Shown piece after piece: positions 59,629 to 64,000 of a stretch of 64,000 nt of DNA. Source of the DNA: Lama guanicoe (Eukaryota); contig MU054117.1 in the NCBI GenBank assembly GCA_013239625.1, positions 806,001-870,000 on the forward strand, written 5' to 3'. The notes beneath the pieces were generated by a model. The model searched no databases, was not told the DNA's origin, and worked only from the letters and a program-made list of their open reading frames with translations. The translations under genes were made by a program, and so were the position numbers. Positions within the stretch are counted from its first letter, which is position 1. Each line of letters begins with the position of its first letter.

Positions 59629-59808
59629 GTGTCCCTGCATGTCCCTGCGTGTGTCTGCGTGTCTCTGCATGTCTCTGCATGCTCCTGTGTGTCCCTGCAA
59701 GTCCCTGCTTGTCCCTGCGTGTCCTTACGAGTCCCTGTGTGTCCCTGCATGCTCCTGTGTGTCCCTGCGAGTCCCTGCATGCTCCTGCGTGCTCCTGTGT
59801 GTCACTGC
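59629..59808. repeat. 10-bp minisatellite RTGTCCCTGY x 18
   Basis: Exact 10-bp period over 180 bp with variant units. Confidence 0.95.
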
Positions 59809-60374
59809 TCTTCACCTGACAAGGCAGTGGGAGAGCCAGCAGGCCAGGAACCCTGCTCTCGGTAACCATCACTGGACACCCAAGCTCGCTCCAAACCCGG
59901 AAGCCTTGTGCTCACAGCAGACGCAGCAATGAGACCCAGAAAGGACGGGGGCCCCACGGTCCCGGCCTGGGTGCAGCCTGGGGACCTCCCACACGCAGGC
60001 CCGGCTGTCCGGCAGCCCTCTCCCCGGCTCAAATGTGAGGACGGTGTGCCTCCAGCCGGCAGGCCCAGCAGCCGGGACCCGGGCTCGCAGCAGCAGCAGC
60101 CCCTTCCTGAGGGCCCGCGTGGGGCAGGGCATCTCCCTTCACGTCCGAGACAACCCGGAGCGAGGAAGCTGTCCCAGGTCACGCAGGCCCTGAGGGTCAC
60201 AGCGGCACCTGGAGCCTGGTCTTTCTGACTCCAAACCTGACCACACCGTGCGGCCCCGCTGACAAGCTAACACCCCCCTCCCCACAAAGGCGTCGCTGAG
60301 AAACGGCGCTAAACCACCGCCGCATCCAGAAGGAAAGCCGGGCGCAAAGTCGTAGGTGAAGTGAGACCGTGTCT

Positions 60375-60500
60375 GAGTGTGAGGAGTACACGGCACACGT
60401 GCAAAGAACACGTCTAAATCCACGGTGGAGATTTTAAGTTTTCTTCTTTATAAATTCGCTTTTCCAAAATATTAAAATAGATGATCCTTACTAATCTGAA
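60375..60500 (+). mobile_element. Old L1ME-like 3' terminal fragment
   Basis: GATTTTAAGTTTTCTTCTTTATA...TTTTCCAAA...TTACTAATC. Confidence 0.45.
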
Positions 60501-60507
60501 TTAGACG

Positions 60508-60903
60508 TTTTCGTTGTGGCAGCACACACACACATTCGCCGTCCCGGCCACCTCTAGGTGCGCAGGTCAGAGACGCCGAGCACTCGCACTGCCGGCAGCC
60601 AGCCCCGCCACCGCCTCTCCAGGGCTCACCCCCCGCCCCCACGGGCAGCACCTCCTCGCTCCCCCTCCCCCAGCCCCTGGCGCCCTCCGCTCTGCTCTCT
60701 GCGTCCACGGGCTGGACGTTCTCGCGTTTGTCTCTGTCTCTGGCTTATTTCACTGAGAGCATCGTGACCTCAAGGTCCATCCACGTGGCAGCAGGTGACA
60801 GAACCCCCTCCTCTTGCACGCACGGGCCACGCTGTGTCAGCCCGCCGTCCAGGACGCTTGGTTTGCTTCCATTTTTGCTGCTGTGAACACGGGTGCACAA
60901 AAG
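60508..60903 (-). mobile_element. L1MB-like 3' end, extremely GC-shifted with internal deletions
   Basis: CCCCTCCCCCAGCCCTGGC, CTGGCTTATTTCACTGAG, CCTCAAGGTCCATCCACGTGGCAGCAGGTGACAGAA and GCTGCTGTGAACACGGGTGCACAAA are L1MB landmarks in order. Confidence 0.88.
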
Positions 60904-62119
60904 CTTTTTTTTAAACACCTAAACTTCACTCCTGTCATTTACGTCAGCAGCCGGTGCTACTGCGGATTAACGTCAGGACCCGTCTTCCACTGGCCCCGGC
61001 CTGGAGCATGGCGAACTCTGCCCGGGGTCTGCAAGTTTGCCTCTGTCTTCAAACCAGCGGTTCAGCCTGGCCGGACCCTGGAATCGCCCAGGGGCATTTC
61101 ATAAAGGACACCGGCGTCCAGCCCCAGCCTCCGCGCCGAGGCAGAGGAAGCGGTACGCCGCGAAACGCGTCTGCAGGGGCACAGTCGTTCCCCTAGACTC
61201 TCCTCACGGGGGCCTTCCCTTTATTTACAAGGTGTCTGTCCGTGGGTAACTTCTCTCTTTTCTCCCATCAAGAACAAAAAGGCTTTGACAACCGGTCAGT
61301 TAGCCCAGTAGCTGGGCTGATTACATCTCAACCGAGAAACACCCGCTCCAGGCCGCACCTCCTGGGTCTCAGCCTCTCTTCTCACTGTGCACCGAGAGCC
61401 TGCTCCGTTCCTGGAAGGAGCCGACCTGAGGGAGCAGGTGGGGAGGCACTTCCAGGCCCACGCAGTCTCGAGGGCGTCATCACTGAGTCCTCCTGGACGG
61501 CGGGGCCAGGAAGGGCTCCAGGACTCCCTGGAGGAGACAGAGGGCGGGTCCGCCCTGCGCTCCTCCACCCTGACGCCCTGGCTCTTGCCCGCGACTCCCA
61601 GGACAGACAGGTGTAGTGTCCCCACCAGCAGTGAACAGAGTCAGTCACACGGCCTCCTTGCGGGGAAGGTGTCACCACAGTACTTTCGTGCCACATGAAT
61701 GTGCCACCTTTTACAAACACACAGATGAAAAGGCAAAGCGACTGCTCAGGAGCTGACCCCTGGGCGAGCCGGCGGGAGGAAGGGGGCCGTGTCCACCTGG
61801 CCCGACCGCTGGGGTGTCACTGGGGCCTGGCTCCTGAGAACAGTCCAGGGCGGCGTGGGGGCCACGAGGGCTCCGACCACTGTGCACCCTCGCGAGGCGC
61901 CCCTCCCTGGAGGCGACATGTGACAGTGACTGTGATGCAGGGTCTCAGAGCCCCTCCTCCCAGGGGAGGCGGAGGCACCCTCGAGGGCCCCGGCCTGCCT
62001 GCCCCTTCCTGCGGCCAGAGCGGGGCCCCACAGCTCCGAGCCCCGGGTTCCTGCTCTGCAGTCAATCTCACAAGGTGAGTGTGAGGGTAAAGAATGGCCA
62101 GACAGAGCAGCAGCTGCCG

Positions 62120-62240
62120 GGCACCCAGCGGTCACTTCACGCTCCTGATGCGCCGCAGCCCTGCGATCATGGCCCTTCCCTTACAGGCGAGGAGCCTGAG
62201 GGCCGGGGAGTCCAGGGAGGCAGGCCTGTGAGTGGAGCCT
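62120..62240 (-). mobile_element. MIR fragment, GC-shifted
   Basis: CCCTTACAGGCGAGGAGCCTGAGGGCCGGGGAG resembles TTTTACAGATGAGGAAACTGAGGCTCAGAGAG. Confidence 0.6.
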
Positions 62241-62653
62241 GGCGCCCTGCACCACCGCCCAGCCGACCGGGCACGTCCCCTGGCGTGGGCCCACTCCCCA
62301 GCAGGACTCGGGATTCGGAGCCCCGCTGACCACCCGCAGGGAAGGTGCCCTGATCCCACGCGTCCCGAGGGCCGGGAACGGGGGGACCTGGTTCTCGTCC
62401 ACCAGGTGGAGCAGACCCTGAAGACTAAGGGCCTGGCGGGAGGAGGGGCCGTCTGTCTGCAAACCGAGAAGTCAGGAATGTGGAGCGAAACTACACCCCC
62501 CCATCCCTGTCCCTGCGGTCAGGGCCCGGGGGCCTGGGAGAGGGAGTCCAGCGTACGGCCCCCACCGACGGACAGACAGACCCACAGCTCCAGGGAGAGC
62601 CCCTGTCTGGGTCGCCGGGTGGAACAGACTCCCCGAGAGCCTCACTCATTAAC

Positions 62654-62692
62654 ATTGGCGTTGCCATGACAACGAGCCGTTGCCAGGGAGCC
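62654..62692. promoter_or_regulatory. RFX X-box pair with adjacent ATTGG
   Basis: GTTGCCATGACAAC at 62660-62673 (one mismatch to the palindromic consensus); weaker GTTGCCAGGGAGCC at 62679-62692. Confidence 0.6.
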
Positions 62693-64000
62693 GCCAACTA
62701 GGAGAGTGAGAATCAGCGAGGCCTAAAAATAAAGCCGCTATGTCTCCAAGTCCGCGTGTAACAGGCCGCGAGCTCGCCGCCTCCCCCCCAGCGGCCCCCA
62801 CCGCTGCTCCGGCCCCGAGCCGCTCAGACGGGCGGCAGAGGGCCGCGGGGAGGGGCCAGGCGGGACGCTGCTGTCCAGAGGCCAGGAGCAAGCCGCACCG
62901 GTGGGCCGCCTCGCAGAGCCTGAGGGCACCTCCTTCCCTCTGGGAGGTGCCTGGTCCAGCGCCAACCTCCACTGCACGTGGAAGCAGGGGCCACCCTAAG
63001 CCGTCGGAATTTGCCAGAATTTGCCCAGCCCCTTGGCTCTGGGAGAACCGTCTCCCTCGGACCACTTTCCTCTTGGAAAACATCACCGAGGCCCAAGCCC
63101 CAGAGGCATCTGTGGGAGCAGGAGCCCCGATCGAGCAGCGTGTGTGGCTCATGGCTCCTTTCACGACTGATACTGGCAGGGCCGTCGTGGGCCTGGCTCC
63201 AAGAAGGAAGGTACCCTAACACTGAAAATCGTGGGGAAATCGTAAACATCCCCAAGGGGCAGGCGAGGGTCTTCCCGGCTGGTTCTGGCACCGCAGGGGA
63301 ACGCCTGGGTCCGCCCGTCTCCCCCGCCAGCCTCGACTCCCCACGAAGGCAGCGATCCCGCTAACTCACCCCATAACCTCAGCGTCCACACCACCCCAGA
63401 CACACCGTCTGCACACGGCAGAGGGCATGTCCTGGGCGAACGGAGAGACGTCAGCAGTAGCAGCCTCTGACCAGGACAAAACCTCGCTCTCTCCAGATTC
63501 TAAGCTCTGCACCCGGAGAGCCAAGCCCTATCCCTGCCCAGGCCTCTGTGCTCAAGAAGTGGTTTATCAGTTGTACCGGGGCATCATGCCTTGAGCAGAT
63601 CAGATCAATTAAAACCCAGAACTTCGTGGGCAATAATTTCCCTGACGAGCAATCGTAACAGGGTTTTGTCGAATGTAGACCTGCCCGATTTCTTCCGAGT
63701 CTGACTTGTTTAATTCAGATAGTGCGTGGTCCTCGGAATCTGTGCTTTGCATGAAGCTGCAGCAGCCTGGCTCCTGGCTTCCCTCCTCACGGCCACGCTC
63801 ACCCTGGAGATCTCCCCCGACCATGGCTAACGTGTGCTCAGCACACGCAAACAGCGGCGAATCTTCCTGTCAGCGAAAGAAGTCCGTCCTCGAGAAACGA
63901 GAGCGCGTATCTTGCTCACCATCACCCCGTACAAAGAAGTAACCCATCTCTTGGTTCTTCGGCTGTCCTGGATTATCCAGCCACTAATCCAAATGCCGGC

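Noticed and set aside
14949-59808. CRISPR-like arrays at the 17-bp and 10-bp repeats
   Set aside because: These are head-to-tail tandem units with no unique spacers and no cas genes, in a mammalian context.
60508-60903. ADAR or APOBEC hyper-editing as the cause of the transition excess
   Set aside because: A>G and T>C are mixed on the same strand, and DNA transposons and target-site flanks are affected too. Editing would be strand-specific, and APOBEC would lower GC.
1-64000. Long ORFs in the track (e.g. 31160-32308, 33110-34066, 47168-48295, 48359-49246) as genes
   Set aside because: They are P/G/R/A/S-rich, overlap on both strands, often start at non-ATG codons and show no recognisable domain. 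This is expected from stop-codon scarcity at high GC.
1-64000. Naming the host gene or locus, or claiming a novel multi-gene system
   Set aside because: I recognised no coding exon, so any gene symbol or system claim would be a guess.

Overview
This is GC-rich, CpG-rich mammalian genomic DNA. It is almost certainly camelid (camel/alpaca/llama), judged from two tRNA-derived SINEs matching the camelid Vic-1 pattern at 23551 and 36166. There are two assembly gaps (40610-40857 and 56729-56886). I recognise no protein-coding gene. The hundreds of short Pro/Gly/Arg/Ala-rich ORFs in the track overlap on all six frames and are what high-GC non-coding DNA produces. The window looks intronic or regulatory, with fossil L1, MIR, MER5, MLT1 and hAT repeats, minisatellites, transcription-factor motif clusters (RFX X-boxes, AP-1/NF-kB, nuclear receptor sites) and a few isolated exon-like and poly(A)-like signals, mostly on the minus strand. 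The strongest and best-supported signal is evolutionary rather than a new gene system. Normally A/T-rich fossil repeats have been rewritten A>G and T>C on a large scale, gaining CpGs, in a patchy sub-kb pattern. This can be shown by comparing paralogous copies within the window and fits intense GC-biased gene conversion in the camelid lineage. Repeat family names come from recalled consensus sequences, not a database search, and their boundaries are approximate.
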